64,000 nucleotides of DNA from Heptranchias perlo (GCF_035084215.1 NC_090340.1:44702001-44766000); one strand, 5' to 3'. Numbered from the stretch's first letter, positions 27,228 to 40,075 are shown. Numbers and translations are program-made. Notes: generated by a model from the letters alone, not told the origin.

Positions 27228-27792
27228 AACCCCTACTCTCTGTCTTCGGTTTTGTAGCCAGCTTGCTATCCATTCGGCTACTTGTCCCCTGACTCTATAT
27301 GCTCTGACCTTACTCATGCGGCCTTTTGAAAATCCAAACATATTCAATCTACTGCATTACCTTTGTCTACCCTTTCTGTTACTTCTTCAAAGAATTCAAT
27401 AAGGTTGGTTAAGCATAACCTTCCCTTTTGAAAGCCGTGCTGACTATGCTTTATTATATTTTTGGTTTCGAGATGTTTTTCTATTACATCTTTGAGTAAG
27501 GACTCCATTATCTTTCCTACCACCGATGTTAAGCTAATTGGTCCATAGTTCCCTGGACTTGTTCTATCTCCCCTTTTTTAAATATAGGAATCACATTAGC
27601 TGTCCGCTCGTCCTCTGGCACTATTCCCTTTTCTAATGAAGGTATATATATATATATATATATGTAATAGTGCCTCTGCTATCTCTTCCCTAACTTCTTT
27701 TAATATGTGCGGATGCAATCCAGCCAGACCTGGGGTTTTATCCTCTCTAAGTTTGATTAGTTTATCAATTATCTTCCCCCTTTCTATCTTAA
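27228..27792 (-). mobile_element. CR1 ORF2 fragment with internal (TA)n
   Basis: NYGPISLTSVVGK / QHGFQKGRLCLTNLIEFFE on the minus strand; probably continuous with 26012-27025. Confidence 0.75.
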
Positions 27793-28157
27793 ATTGCTGT
27801 CAACATAACTTCCAAACAGGTGTTAAAAGACCCTTACTGTGCAGTATTTATCGTTTTAATTCGTTAAATAAAGGCATTATTTCTTTATTGAATGAAATTT
27901 CCTGGGCACCACATCTTTTTATAAATATTTTTTTGATGCTGTTCACGTTCTTTAGCCAGGTGAAAACAGAGTGTAGAAAATGAGCAGAGCTTGTATGTCA
28001 CCTGCGACCCTTTAAATCGAGGTACAGTGAATTGCGATAGGTCAGTGTTACACAGTGGGGGTTGTTAGACTTGTTACATCGTCCAATGAGCTGTTAGTTT
28101 GCTAACGAGCAGAGCTCTCGCAATGTAGCTGGTGGTTGGATAATGCAAGAGTGGAAG

Positions 28158-28226
28158 ATGGAGAGCACGGTGGTGGAGCATGTTGTAGTAGATTCCGGAG
28201 CTTTCTTGAAGAACGCGCCGCTACAG
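28158..28226 (+). CDS. NOB1: NOB1 (20S/18S pre-rRNA endonuclease) exon 1
   Basis: AAGATGG Kozak. MESTVVEHVVVDSGAFLKNAPLQ carries the first PIN Asp. Donor CAG|GTTAGG. An in-frame upstream ATG at 28143 is an alternative start. Confidence 0.9.
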
Positions 28227-28457
28227 GTTAGGTTGAGTGGAATCATTGTGCGCCCTTTGCAGCAGGGGCAGCAATAACAAGCTTCATTTTGTTGCAAACT
28301 GTTTCTTGTGTTTGTTTATCGGGGGCTGGGGGCTCGGGGCTAGGGGCTAGGGCCTGGGTGTAGGACCGAGCAGTCGAGTGCTGACTGAGATCAGTCCCCG
28401 TTCTTCGAACGTTGTTGGAAATGTTACAGTGCAGACGTTCCAATCCATTCACTTGAT

Positions 28458-28502
28458 CACGTGTTTTAGACTCAACGCCAGCAACATTGCTCGAATCACG
28501 TG
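28458..28502. promoter_or_regulatory. Two CACGTG E-boxes in NOB1 intron 1
   Basis: CACGTG at 28458-28463 and 28497-28502 inside the CpG-rich 5' region. Ribosome-biogenesis genes are typical MYC/MAX targets (inference). Confidence 0.35.
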
Positions 28503-29459
28503 TGTATGATCAAAAAGGAGATGGAAATCCTTTTTTTTTGTGACGCTCGTCAAAATTGGTTACAATTTTCATCCACAGTAATTGAGTGTAACTGCACGAA
28601 TCGTACTTATTAGGTCTAATTGCGCACTTGCTGCTGAGTTTCATACATTTTTGTCAGACACGCGTCACCACCCATCAAGTTCAATATTCTCCTAACCAAA
28701 CTACTGAGAAATCCACATAATTAGAATTTTTGTTTGCCTGAAATGGAGTGCACACTCTCTCCCCATTGAAGGACACACTTAACTAAGCTTGGAGAACCTC
28801 GGTGGAGGTTGACAAGCCATCCTATTTCTCGATCAGTGTATGGGGGAGGGAGGGGGGGATTACTGCAGTTAAGCTTACTGTAAGCTTGTTGCTACTTGTT
28901 TGGCTTAGACCATAAGACCTGGTGGGTAGGACATTGGGTTGTAGGATTGTGTGAGAAGAATCCCAGCCCAGAGTGACTGATTTATTTCCTTAGGTTACAC
29001 TACTAAGCCAGTAGTACTTGAGATGTGCCTAAGTGCTTTACAACCAATGTATAACTTTTGAAATATTTGTTATGTAGGTAAATGTGGAATCTGATTTGTA
29101 TATAACAAGGCAGCACAAACAGCAAAATAGATAAATGACCAGATAAACTGTGTTTGGTAATAGTTGAGGGAGGAATGTTGGGCTAGGACACTAGGAGAGC
29201 TCCTGTCTCATTTTCATAGTGCCATGGGATCTTTTATGTCTACCTGTACCCCATTGTCTGTCTTAATGTATCTCCCTACCTGCAACAAAAATATATATTG
29301 AGTTTTAAGTTGACAGAATCCTAAGGAGTTGTTAAACAAGATTGATTATGTATTTTAATTATTTTCTTTCAGGTGTGGGCTAGGAGTTTATCAAACGAAC
29401 AAAATTTGATTTGAGAGAAAATCAACAAAAGTAATTTTCATTGTTTTTATTTATTTTAG

Positions 29460-29592
29460 GAGTATGGAAAAAGTGTCTACACAATAAAGGAAGTTGTGAA
29501 TGAAATACGGGACAAGGAAACTAAGCGAAGGCTGGCAGTTTTGCCATACCAGCTCCATTTCAAAGAACCGTTTCCTGAATATATCCGCCATG
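29460..29592 (+). CDS. NOB1: NOB1 exon 2
   Basis: TTTTAG| ... |GTGAGT; EYGKSVYTIKEVVNEIRDKETKRRLAVLPYQLHFKEPFPEYIRH; 133 nt. Confidence 0.95.
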
Positions 29593-29926
29593 GTGAGTTT
29601 ATCCTCCTAAGTGATTGGCTTGGTTTAAAGTGTAAAAAATATATATATTTTGGTTATAAAACCTTAAATTTTTTTGATAAAACTGATTTTAAAATTCATA
29701 TTTTTGTTTTTTGGTTTCACTTTTCTAACAAAGTGGATACCATTGTGTAATGAAGGAAAACAAAAGGTATTATAATTACAAGCTCATCAGAAGTGCCCCA
29801 AAATGCTTCACATGCAGTGAATTACTTCAGTGAGTCAATTATGTAGGTGAGCACAGCAGTGCCCCACAGTTAACCAATTTCTATAGATTCTTTTGTTTGT
29901 GCACTGCCCAGTAAAAATATAGGTTG

Positions 29927-30302
29927 TTAGCCTGGCTCAGTGGTAGGACTCTTGCCCCTGAGTCAGAAAGTTGTAGATTCAAAGCACGTAATCTAAACAT
30001 TCCAGTGCTGTATTGAGGGAGTGCTGCATTGTTGGAGGTATTGTCTTTTGGATGAATGTTAAACTGAGGTCCTGTTTAAGTGAACATAAAAGATCCCATG
30101 GCACTATTTGATAAAGAGCAGGGGAGTTCTCCTGTGGTTGAGGCCACTCACACCACCAAAACAGATTAATTGGTCATTTGTCTCATTGCTGTTTGTGGAA
30201 CCTTAGTGTGTGGAAATCGCTTGATGCATTTGCTGACATAACACTTTGAAAATAATTCATGGGGAAGTCCTGAGGATGTGAAAGGTGCTATATAAATGCA
30301 TG
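29927..30302 (+). mobile_element. tRNA-derived Deu-domain SINE (SacSINE1-like)
   Basis: tRNA-like head (TGGCTCAGTGGTAG...TTCAAA), GATCCCATGGCACTATTT..GAGCAGGGGAGTTCTCC core and GTGAAAGGTGCTATATAAATGCA tail. Partial copies at ~17825-17955, 25670-25820, 29010-29240, 33010-33155, 34835-34960, 37415-37615, 50510-50560 and 63030-63160. Confidence 0.7.
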
Positions 30303-30367
30303 TTTGTTCTTAAAGATCTCTAGATTCAAAGATTCTTTAAAAATTCTTTTTAATATTTTCTTCACAG

Positions 30368-30501
30368 TAACTGAATTTTCCAAAAAAACTGGAGACTACC
30401 CCAGCCTCTCAGCAACTGACATTAAGGTTCTGGCACTAACCTATCAGCTTGAGGCTGAATTTGTGGGAGTTGGCCACTTGAAAAAAGAACCTTCACAAAA
30501 A
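30368..30501 (+). CDS. NOB1: NOB1 exon 3
   Basis: CACAG| ... |GTAAGT; (V)TEFSKKTGDYPSLSATDIKVLALTYQLEAEFVGVGHLKKEPSQK; 134 nt, restores phase 0. Confidence 0.95.
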
Positions 30502-30710
30502 GTAAGTCATTTACCTGATAGAAGTTCTTTTACTCGGCTGTCTGAACAGCAACCATCCTCAGAAGTATGTAGTTGCATGAAAGGAGAAAGGACTGCAGGC
30601 ATATTTTTGGAGGGTGGTGTGGTTTATCTTCACGAGGACATGGTTACCTTATTGAAAATTTCTATGCAAAAAATCTGTTTATTATTGGTTGTAAATGTCT
30701 TAATATTAAA

Positions 30711-30800
30711 TTGTAAACAATTTTACAACACCAAGTTATAGTCCAACAATTTTATTTGAAAATCACAAGCTTTCGGAGGCTTCCTCCTTCCTCAGGTGAA
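30711..30800 (-). ncRNA. Penelope terminal repeat with minimal hammerhead ribozyme
   Basis: Minus strand: UCAC-CUGAGGA-A-GGAGG-AAG-CCUCC-GAAAG-CUU-GUGA (stem I, core, stem II, palindromic mini stem III). Confidence 0.65.
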
Positions 30801-30867
30801 TATTAAAGACTGAACATGAATTTGTGCAGAATCTAAATTTTTTGTGATAATATAAAGTGGTCCATTC

Positions 30868-31575
30868 TGACATGCAGCAAGACCAGGACATATCTAGGCT
30901 TAGGCTGATGAATGGCAATTAACATTGTGCCAGGCAATGAACATTTTCAACAAGGAAGTGCCTAATCACCTCCCAATGACATTACCAACATCGTGCCCCC
31001 ACCATGACCATCCTTGGGCCTCCATTGACCAGAAACTCAATTGGAACAGCCACATAACTGATGTGACTACTAGGGCAGGTCAGAGGCTGGGTATTCTGCT
31101 GTGAGTGGCTCACCTCCTGACTCCCCAAAGCCTTTCCACCACCTGCAAGGCACAAGTCAGGAGGATGGTGAAATACTCTCCACTTGCCTGGATGGCTGCA
31201 GCTGCAACAGCACTCAAGAAACTGGAGACCATCCAGGACAAAGCAGTCCTCTTAAACTGCACATCATCCTGTAGTCTAAATATTGTCCTCTCCATCACTG
31301 GCGTACTGTGGCTGCATTGTGTACAATCTACAGGATGCACTGCCACAAATCGCTACGGCTTCTTTGGCAGCAGCTCCCAAACCCGTGACCTCCACACCTA
31401 AGACAAGTGCATGAGAACACCATTATCTCCAAATCACACACCATCCTGACTTGGACATACCCTTCATTGTTGCTGGGTCAAAATACTGGAACTCTTACCT
31501 AACGGGGCAGTTAGGGGTGGGTAATAAATTGCTGGCCTTGCCAGCAACACCCACATCCTGAGAATGAATTTTAAA
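30868..31575 (+). mobile_element. CR1-clade LINE (second family), 3' part
   Basis: HLLTPQSLSTTCKAQVRRMVKYSPLAWMAA..L.KLETIQDKA; 3' tail GCTGGCCTTGCCAGCAACACCCACATCC. Confidence 0.75.
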
Positions 31576-32802
31576 AATCTAGGGAGTTACCTGTGCGTTT
31601 GTCTAATTTGGCCCTTGTTGCTGTGATTTATGTATTTAAAATAGTTTTAGAGGCAGCCCAGGACTAGGCTTTTTATATAGAGCTCTCACTGGTACAATAA
31701 TGTCGTTACGCTCTGTTCCAGTGACTTGAATGCCATTAGTGCTGGGCAGAAGTCTCAATCAACCCCTTCCCAGATTCCTGCCAGTGCTGCTCCATAAGCA
31801 GTTTTAAGGAGATGAAATAGGATGATTTAAACAATTTGGCCATTTTTTCCCCTTTACTATCTGTGGACAAGCATCAGTACCTCTCTTGAGCATGAACAAG
31901 GGTGGGAATTTTCCATATGAGGAATTACATGTTTGGCTCACAGTACTATGGTGTACCAACATGCTGTACCAGCCTTCTAGGTCATTGATATCTTTATAAA
32001 TGGCATTCACTTGCCAATCTGAGATCACCAATTGGAAAAGGAAATATTTGGTGGTGCAGGGTTTCAATCAAGTGCTAAATCAAGCAAAATGTAGAGCTGT
32101 TTACTGTATTATTTCTGACTGGCTGCACCTGTGAAAACCTATTTCAATTTGCATGGCTATTCTGTTTCTGAGGAGCATATACTGTACAAGAGTAGTTTTA
32201 GCAGAACAGTGAGTTATGTTGCATATTTTTGAATAGAGTGGATGTTTGAGTTTATCAAATAGGATCTTATAGGAAAATGACGGGCAGGAAAAGCCCAGAT
32301 AGTTCATCAAGCCTCCATTCAATGAACTTTGCCCAGTATTTTGAGTACAAATCTGATACCATGGTCTAATACACAAGCTTACATAATCCAGAAACCATTT
32401 CCCAAGGGGATTTTTATATCTCTGCTACTGCTGAATTAAAATTGGGCCCAAAACGGAAGGTGTGAAACGGGACCAATAATTGACAGTCACTGGTCCACAG
32501 AAAACTGCTTGTTTAAGGTAATACAAATTAACTGTACCATATGCACTCAGCTGTTATGTGGTTTATCAAAATTGGGAAGAAACTTTGTGCCGCTGTATGC
32601 TGAGCCCTGTGCAATGAGCATGTTAACATTTCATTGTCATGTTCAGAGGAATCACATTGCCATTCTCACTGCTACAAAATATACACGTCATGTGTCAGTG
32701 GTCCAGTGTTCATTTTGTGCAATAGAAATGTTAGGTTGGTGTGTTCAAGTAAAATAAATTATTGATTGTGGAAAATCCAATTTTGTTCTTGTTCTTTGGT
32801 AG

Positions 32803-32874
32803 GTTGAAGTGAGTAGCACTTTAAGACACCCAGAGTCACTGATCAACATAGCAGGCTTTCATCTGTCATCTAAG
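32803..32874 (+). CDS. NOB1: NOB1 exon 4
   Basis: GGTAG| ... |GTAAAT; VEVSSTLRHPESLINIAGFHLSSK; 72 nt. Confidence 0.9.
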
Positions 32875-33164
32875 GTAAATGAAATTTAAAATACATAGTT
32901 TGGAACATCGTAACAAATTTACAAATTCTACTTCAAGCAACAACCATTGATAGCTTCAAGCTTTGTATTTACTGAACTCCTAAACTCCATTGTCAAAGTA
33001 TAGAACAGTAAAGAAAGAACTGTACTCAATGTTATGTGGCAAATTCAACAGCCAATTTGCACACTGCAAGGTTCCATCAACAGCAAATGAGAGAAATGAC
33101 CAGTTAATCTCTTTTGGTGGTGTTGGCTGAAAATGATGTTGGCCAGAACACTGGGATAAGTAAA

Positions 33165-34762
33165 AGGGGGTAGTTGAGATACTGGATGGGCTAAAAATTG
33201 ATTAGAGGAAGTACTAGAAAGGCTGGCTGTACTTAAAATAGATAAGGAACCAGGTCCAGATGGGATGCATCCTAGGTTGCTGAGGGAAGTAAGGGTGGAA
33301 ATTGTGGCGGTACTGGCCATAATCTTCCAATCCTCCTTAGATAAGGGGGTGGTGCCAGAAGACTGGAGAATTGCAAATGTTATATCCTTGTTCAAAAAAG
33401 GGTGTAAGGATAAACCCAGCAACTTCAGGCCAGTCAGTTTAACCTTGTTGGCTGGAAAGCTTTTAGAAATGATAATCTGGGACAAAATTTAATAGTCACT
33501 TGGACAAGTGTGGATTAATTAAGGAAAGCCAGCACGGATTTGTTAAAGGCAAATCGTGTTTAACTAACTTTATTTGAGTTTTTTGAGGTAACAGAGAGGG
33601 TTGTTGAGGGCAATGCAGTTGATGTGGTGTATATGGACTTTCAAAGGCGTTTGATAAAGTGCCACATAATAGGCTTGTCAGCAAAGTTGAAGCCCATGGA
33701 ATAAAAGGGGCAGTGGCGGCATGGATATGAAATTGGCTAAGTGGGAGGAAACAAAGTAGTAATTAATTGATATACATTCCTCCAGTCTGAAAAACAATGG
33801 TATCTTCCAGGGGTCGTTACTAGGACCACTGCTTTTCTTGATATATAGTAATGACTTGGGGCACAATTTCAAAATTTGCAGGTGACACAAAACTTGGAAG
33901 TGTAGCGAACAGTGAGGAGGATAGTGATAGACTTCAAGAAGACATAGACAGGCTGGTGGAATGGGCGGACACGTGGCAGATGAAATTTAACGCAGAGAAG
34001 TGCAAAGTGGTACATTTTGGTAGGAAGAATGAGAGGAAATATAAACTAAAGAGTACAATTCTAAAGGGGGTGCAGGAACAGAGGGACGTGTGGGTATATG
34101 TGCACAGGTCATTGAAGGTGGCAGACCAGGTTGAGAAAGTGTTTTTTAAAAAAGCATATGGAATCCTGGGCTTTATAAATAGAGGCATAGAGTACAAAAG
34201 CAAGGAAGTTATGAACTTTTTTATTAAACACTGGTTTGGCCACAACTGGAGTATTGTCTGGGCACCACTCTTCAGGAAGGATGTGAAGGCCTTAGAGAGG
34301 GTGCAGAAAAGATTTACTAGAATGGTTCCAGGGATGAGTGACTTCAGTTACATGGATAGACTGGAGAGTCTGGGATTGTTCTCCTTGGAGCAAAGAAAGT
34401 TGAGAGGAGATTTGATGGAGGTGCTCAAAATCATGAGGGGTCTTGACCGAGTAGAGAGAAACTGTTCCCATTGGTGGAAGGGTCGAGAACCAGAGGACAC
34501 AGATTTAAGGTGATTTGGCAAAAGAACCAAAGGTGACATGAGGAGAAGCTTTTTTTATGCAGCCAGTGGTTATGATCTGAAAGGGTGGCGGAGGCAAATT
34601 CAATCGTGGTTTCAAAAGGGAATTGGATAAGTACTTGAAAGGGTAGGGGGGAAATTTGCAGGGCGACGGGGAAAGGGTCGGGGAGTGGGACTAGCTGGAT
34701 TGCTCTTGCAGAGAGCTGGAACGGGCTGAATGGCCGCCTTCTGTGCTGTAACCATTCTATGA
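33165..34762 (+). mobile_element. CR1 LINE ORF2 3' part in NOB1 intron 4
   Basis: HPRLLREV..PEDWRIANV..NFRPVSLT; SKFAGDTKLG..WQMKFNAEKC; frameshifted. Confidence 0.9.
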
Positions 34763-35868
34763 TAAATCCATGCTGTTCTTTGGAAAAAGTGCCACGAGTT
34801 TTTTAATGTGTATATGTATGTGTATATACACACCCCTGAGCAGACAAGGCCTCAGTTTAACGTCGCACCTAAAAGACGACACATCCTATAGTGCAGCACC
34901 CCCTCAGTACTACATTGAAATGTCAGCCTAGGTTTTATGCTCAAATCCAGGAGTGGAGCTCTAATTTAAAGGTTTTAATGTAGGTTTTCCAAATGCGGAC
35001 TTTCTTCTGGGTTTTGTACCATAGGCAAAACTTACTGGATTAAACTTTTTGAATGCGATGGACCTACATTGTAACATTGAAGTATGTAACTAGGCTATTT
35101 AAAATGAGAGTAAAATTGGAACCTGAAAGCAGAAACTGATGTACTCGGGCAAAGAGAAATGAGGGGGAAGAATGAGAACACGACTGCAGTTGATAGTAAC
35201 ATGGTACTAAATCAAGTCAACACTGTTCAGAATTGATTAAGTTAGACCAGATTTAGCTGTGGATTTCTTGCACTAAAACAGTTTTTAATTCTTCCCCTCC
35301 CCCCAGCCTAATTAGTAGAAGCACCATGCAGACCAGAAGGTTTTGGTTTGATTCCCAGAGGATGCTGAGTTAGCTGATCTCTACTGGGACAGCAGTAGGG
35401 GCACCAGGAAAGGGAAAATTTAGTCAGGCTCACGCTGTGTGTAAAGACAGGATCAGACTTCACTGTGATGTCCTCCACATTCAAATAGCCGGTCTAGATG
35501 TGCATATAAAAAATTGCCCTTGGATTGCCAACACGAAAGGGGTCGTCCTCTGGAAAGCATGGAAGAAAATTGGAGGGAGGGGGAAATCATGGAAATGAAA
35601 TTCCTGGATTGTTAAGAAGTCAAAACTTGAAACTAAAATGTTTTTGTTTGCTTGCTTTCTTTAATTTGGTTCTGAATTTATTTAGACTGAGACAGTTGAG
35701 ATTAAGTTGATTTGTACATTCAAACAAACCAGTTTCGCTCATCCTGCCTAAATACTACCTGCTGTTAAAACCGTAGTGATTTAGAAACTCTTGTGTTCTG
35801 GGCTGTGAAGTTTGTATTAACGTAACAGTTTAAGAAACACTGAAAATCATTCTATTTTTATGCAACAG

Positions 35869-36033
35869 CATCCAGAGAAAGGTTGCCCAAAGGGAGATTG
35901 TGTAGTCCCTTCAGGTTCGGAGGATGCTTGCCATTCTAGCGAGTCGACTGTCGCTGATTTATCAGAATTCAGTGCCTTTCAGTACTGGAGAAACCCACTA
36001 CCAAGCATTGAAGATGATCTACGAGACTTGTTG
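35869..36033 (+). CDS. NOB1: NOB1 exon 5
   Basis: CAACAG| ... |GTAAGC; ends EFSAFQYWRNPLPSIEDDLRDLL (conserved WRNPLP); 165 nt. Confidence 0.9.
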
Positions 36034-36057
36034 GTAAGCAACATGAGTTTTATTCTG

Positions 36058-36161
36058 ATGACTGTTCTGAGGAAAGGTCATCGACCTGAAACATTAACTC
36101 TGTTTCTCTGACCTGCTGAGTGTTTGCAGCATTTTCTGTTTTTATTTCATATTTTGCTTTT
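36058..36161 (+). mobile_element. Short Penelope terminal-repeat insertion with hammerhead core
   Basis: GTT-CTGAGGA-A-AGGTC-ATC-GACCT-GAAA-CATT-AAC; 14-bp TSD TGAGTTTTATTCTG at 36044-36057 and 36162-36175. Confidence 0.75.
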
Positions 36162-36321
36162 TGAGTTTTATTCTGTTGCTTAAATAAACAAATGTTAACA
36201 TTTGTACAAAAACATCAAATACAGGCTAATCTCCAGCTATTGAGAAACAAATCCAGATATTCCAATTATAATACCTCGCTGCCTGCCAGAAACTGATGTG
36301 CTAACCTGCCTTACTTAATAG

Positions 36322-36531
36322 AACAAAGAGAATGTCTGCATTTCAAGTGAGAGACCATTGACTGCTAATCAACACCAAGAAGAGCTGCATGGAAGTGAAG
36401 GGGAGGACGAAGATGATGACGGTGGGTGGATAACACCAAGTAACATTCAGCAGATCTTCCAGGATATAGGTTGCTCCAAGACTGTAGCAAATGTCAAAGT
36501 TGGTTGTATGACTACAGATTTTGCCATGCAG
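36322..36531 (+). CDS. NOB1: NOB1 exon 6
   Basis: AATAG| ... |GTAATA; DDDGGWITPSNI and VGCMTTDFAMQ (PIN C-terminal Asp); 210 nt. Confidence 0.93.
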
Positions 36532-37633
36532 GTAATAAATTTTGTTTTTCGTGTTAAGTTTTGAACTGTTTGGTAGTTATTTATACTGATGCTTAAAATT
36601 CTATTGAAATCTTCATCGTTCCCATATTGTCCCCACAAAAAAAGTAGTAAAATAATTTTGTACCTCACTATTTGAGCTGATTAATATAACCTACCTCCCC
36701 GTGACGAGTGAAGATGTCTAGTAGTGAAAGATCTTGTATATGTAATTGATTTTTATTTTACATTGAGAAGCTAAAGTGAAGGGCCAAGGCCCATTAGTGC
36801 AAGACACCACTTGGGTTGGAAAAAGAGAAAATGAGGTAAATCAGGAAGTAGCGATTAGGAGCAAATGTTCTTGATTTCATACAGTGAGAACTTAGGCAGG
36901 AGGAAGATGATGTAAGGTGTATTTAGAGCTTCGAAAGATCGAGAGAAAAGTTCAGAAGCGCAGTAACTATAGTCAGCTAATAAGATTGAGAAAGATTGCA
37001 ATAGAGAGCATTTGGAAGCTAGAGGTAAGAGCAATTGCCTAACTGATGACTAGCTTTTTTCTGTATCTTCTCTGGGAGCCTGCTCAGACATGGCAGTAGT
37101 ATTGGGGTAGAATTGTGCTTACTAGGGAGAGAAGAGTTGTTGAAGGAAGGCACAAAAGAAACTGAGCTGCTTAAAGACAACTTTAACAATGGAGGATTGC
37201 AGTAGTTCCACTAGAGACCAAAGGAGAAAATAAGGTTCATTGATGAAGGATTAACGGTGGAGGTATAAACAGTAAAAGTGGTGAAGGAAGACTCGCTGTA
37301 TTATATACTGCACTGGAGGTTGTAGCTACATGAAATGACTATGTTGCTTATGTTTTAGTTATAGATTTTACACGTTGTGACTACACGTTATTTAGACATG
37401 CACTTGTTTCTTGTTTCCTGGCCAACATTTATCCCTCAACCAACATCACTAAAACAGATTCATTTATCTTGTTGCTGTTTATGGGATGATGTGGTGTGCA
37501 AACTGGCTGCCATGTTTGCTTACATTACAAAATGACTACACTTAAAGTACTTAATTGGATGTGAAGTGCTTTGGAATGTCCTGAAGTTGTGAAAGGCACT
37601 ATAAATGCAAGTTTATTTTTTTTCTTTCTTTAG

Positions 37634-37731
37634 AATGTCCTTATTCAGATGGGGCTTCATGTGATTTCGTTAAATGGAATGCTTATAAGACAAGCAAGAA
37701 ACTATATTCTGCGTTGTCATGCATGTTTCAA
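37634..37731 (+). CDS. NOB1: NOB1 exon 7
   Basis: TTTAG| ... |GTAAGT; NVLIQMGLHVISLNGMLIRQARNYILRCHACF (first Zn-ribbon CxxC); 98 nt. Confidence 0.95.
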
Positions 37732-38669
37732 GTAAGTATTGATCAGCTGTACAATGGAACATTTTTGGGAATCTAAAACTAGTGATGTGCATCAAAAACT
37801 AGGGAGTTCATGTGGGGTATTGGAGGACAAACACATGCCATACCACCAAAAGCACAAAGTGCAGATGCTGGAAATCTGAAACAAAAACAGAAAATGCTAG
37901 AAGCTTTCAATCGGCATCTGTGGAGAGAACAGCAGAGTTAATGTTATGGGTGTGAACCCTTTGTGAAAACTGGACGATATTACAGATGAACAGCATTATA
38001 AAAGGAAGGGCGGGGGGGGGGGGGGGGAGAACAGGAACTCACGAAGAGCAATAAATGGCCTATAAAGTGCTTAAGTGGAAAACAGGAGATGGTTAAATGG
38101 CTGAAGTGATATTAGCATGAGGTTATAGGCACAATGAGAGAAATTAAAGACATTTCCGAGACATTAAGGGGAGGGTTGAGGCAGGTAGAAATGGAAGCGT
38201 GAAAAACTGGCAGGCTTCAGAAGCACAGGAGAAGAAAAAAAATATACTAGAATGTGGTACATTAAACCCCAGTCCATTGTGAATTGAGTTGTTTTAGTGG
38301 ATTTTTATGCTCATCAAGGCAAAGGACCATATTCTTGGAAACTGAAAACTTGCTGATTTTAGGCATCCAGCAGTTGCTGAGCAAGTATAGCGTAGGTAAC
38401 TGCAAAGTAAGATACATGCTTCTCTGGTCCATTATTGTGCTTTAGTGCCAAACTCAGAAGAGCACCTCCTAGTTAATATTTTCTACACCAGACATCTTTA
38501 TTCCCCTCTCAATTATTGTTGACTTGGAGGCAGTTTCAAGATGTGGACTGATGTGCATTGGAAACTAATTTCCCCTTCTTAGTCCAGCAGTGAAGAGACC
38601 AATTGTAGTACTCCTACTGCAGCAGAGATAACTAATTGTGCATTGATCTAACCTGAGTCCTCTTGGTCT

Positions 38670-38742
38670 AAAAACAGAAAATGATGGAAATACTCAGCAA
38701 GTCAGGCAGCATCTGTGGAGAAAGAAACTGAGTTAACCAACT
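38670..38742 (-). mobile_element. Penelope terminal-repeat fragment (related copy at ~37855-38000)
   Basis: Same family as 2087-2281; flanked by the direct repeat TCTTGGTCT (38661-38669, 38743-38751). Confidence 0.65.
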
Positions 38743-38906
38743 TCTTGGTCTGTGTGGCTAAGATGGTAATTTTACCTCTGACCACTGGGGGAACCTGCAG
38801 CAGAGAAACTTTAAACCTTCCATAAATCTATCAATAGGAGGGGACGAAGGACAACTGAAATCCAGAGTTGTGTGCTAAACTTACCTCTCTGGTTGGTTTT
38901 AACTAG

Positions 38907-39051
38907 GACTACAACTAACATGAACAAGACATTCTGCCCAAGCTGTGGTAACAGGACACTGAAGAAGGTAGCAGTGACTGTGAATGAGGATGGCAGTCTT
39001 CACATGCATTTCTCGCAAAACCCAAAAGTGCTAAACTCACGAGGACTGAGG
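38907..39051 (+). CDS. NOB1: NOB1 exon 8
   Basis: AACTAG| ... |GTAAGA; TTTNMNKTFCPSCGNRTLKKVAVTVNEDGSLHMHFSQNPKVLNSRGLR (second CxxC); 145 nt. Confidence 0.95.
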
Positions 39052-39805
39052 GTAAGATCGCTGTTTCTATTTTCATTTTTAATCAATGTGAAACTCATTT
39101 TTGTGATGTTACACAACTCCTTCTGTTGTATTTATCTCTTTATTGTGAAAACACCCTCTATTACAAAATTGCTTAATAAGTGTATATTGAAAGTGAAGCA
39201 TAGTGAAACATTTATTTAAGTTACAGCTGGAAAAAATTTAACTCACAGTATTTAAAAAGAATTCTGCTCCCTAAGCAACACATGAGCGTGCAAAACTGGA
39301 GTGTTGTACAACAAATTGGTGGGGTGGGGGGATCAGTTCTTTATGATCATTGGGAGGAGCAGCAGGACTCAAGGGTGCAATTGAATTATTATATTCCTTT
39401 TTGTAATTCCCTCCGCCTCATTATTTTAATGAGAATAATCTGGAGGGAAACGTTACACATTTACCAGCAGGAAAAAGATGATTTGAATTGCCAGGGTGGG
39501 GAGAAGCCAAATAAAGGAAAACTGCATCAGTCTGTATCATATAATCCCTTTAACAATGTGCTGGGATAAATGCTATTGTAGAATGTAGTACAGCTTTGAA
39601 GAGAAATAATTGTTTAAAAATTACTAATTAAATGGAAGATTGAGTCTTGCTTCAGGAGGAAAGAAGGTTTCCTTTTTAAGAGTAACATTTTGTTGGTAAA
39701 CTATAGTTCACCATATTTTTAAAATCTAATTGTGAATCTCACCCTGGCATGAGGTATTCTGAGTCAAATTGTGTTGTCAAATTATTATTTTTTTCCCCCC
39801 AATAG

Positions 39806-40075
39806 TATTCTCTCCCATTACCACATGGTGGGAAACATGGCAGTAATCCACATTTGAGTGAAGACCAGAACTTTCCTCAGCAACGACTGTCCAAAAAGGC
39901 TAGGCAGAAAACAAATGTCTTTGACCCAGATTACACTGCCGGGGTTTCCCCATTTGTGGAGAATGACATCTACAGCAGAGCTGCTCACTTAAACATTCGG
40001 GACAACAGAATTGGAGCAGGGAGGAGGAGGATGAACCCAAATGCTGTAACAAAAAAATTTGTTAAGAAGAAATAA
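39806..40075 (+). CDS. NOB1: NOB1 exon 9 (last coding exon)
   Basis: CCAATAG|; YSLPLPHGGKHGSNPHLSEDQNFPQQRLSKKARQKTNVFDPDY...KKFVKKK*; total ~431 aa. Confidence 0.95.
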   Translation, partial: YSLPLPHGGKHGSNPHLSEDQNFPQQRLSKKARQKTNVFDPDYTAGVSPFVENDIYSRAAHLNIRDNRIGAGRRRMNPNAVTKKFVKKK

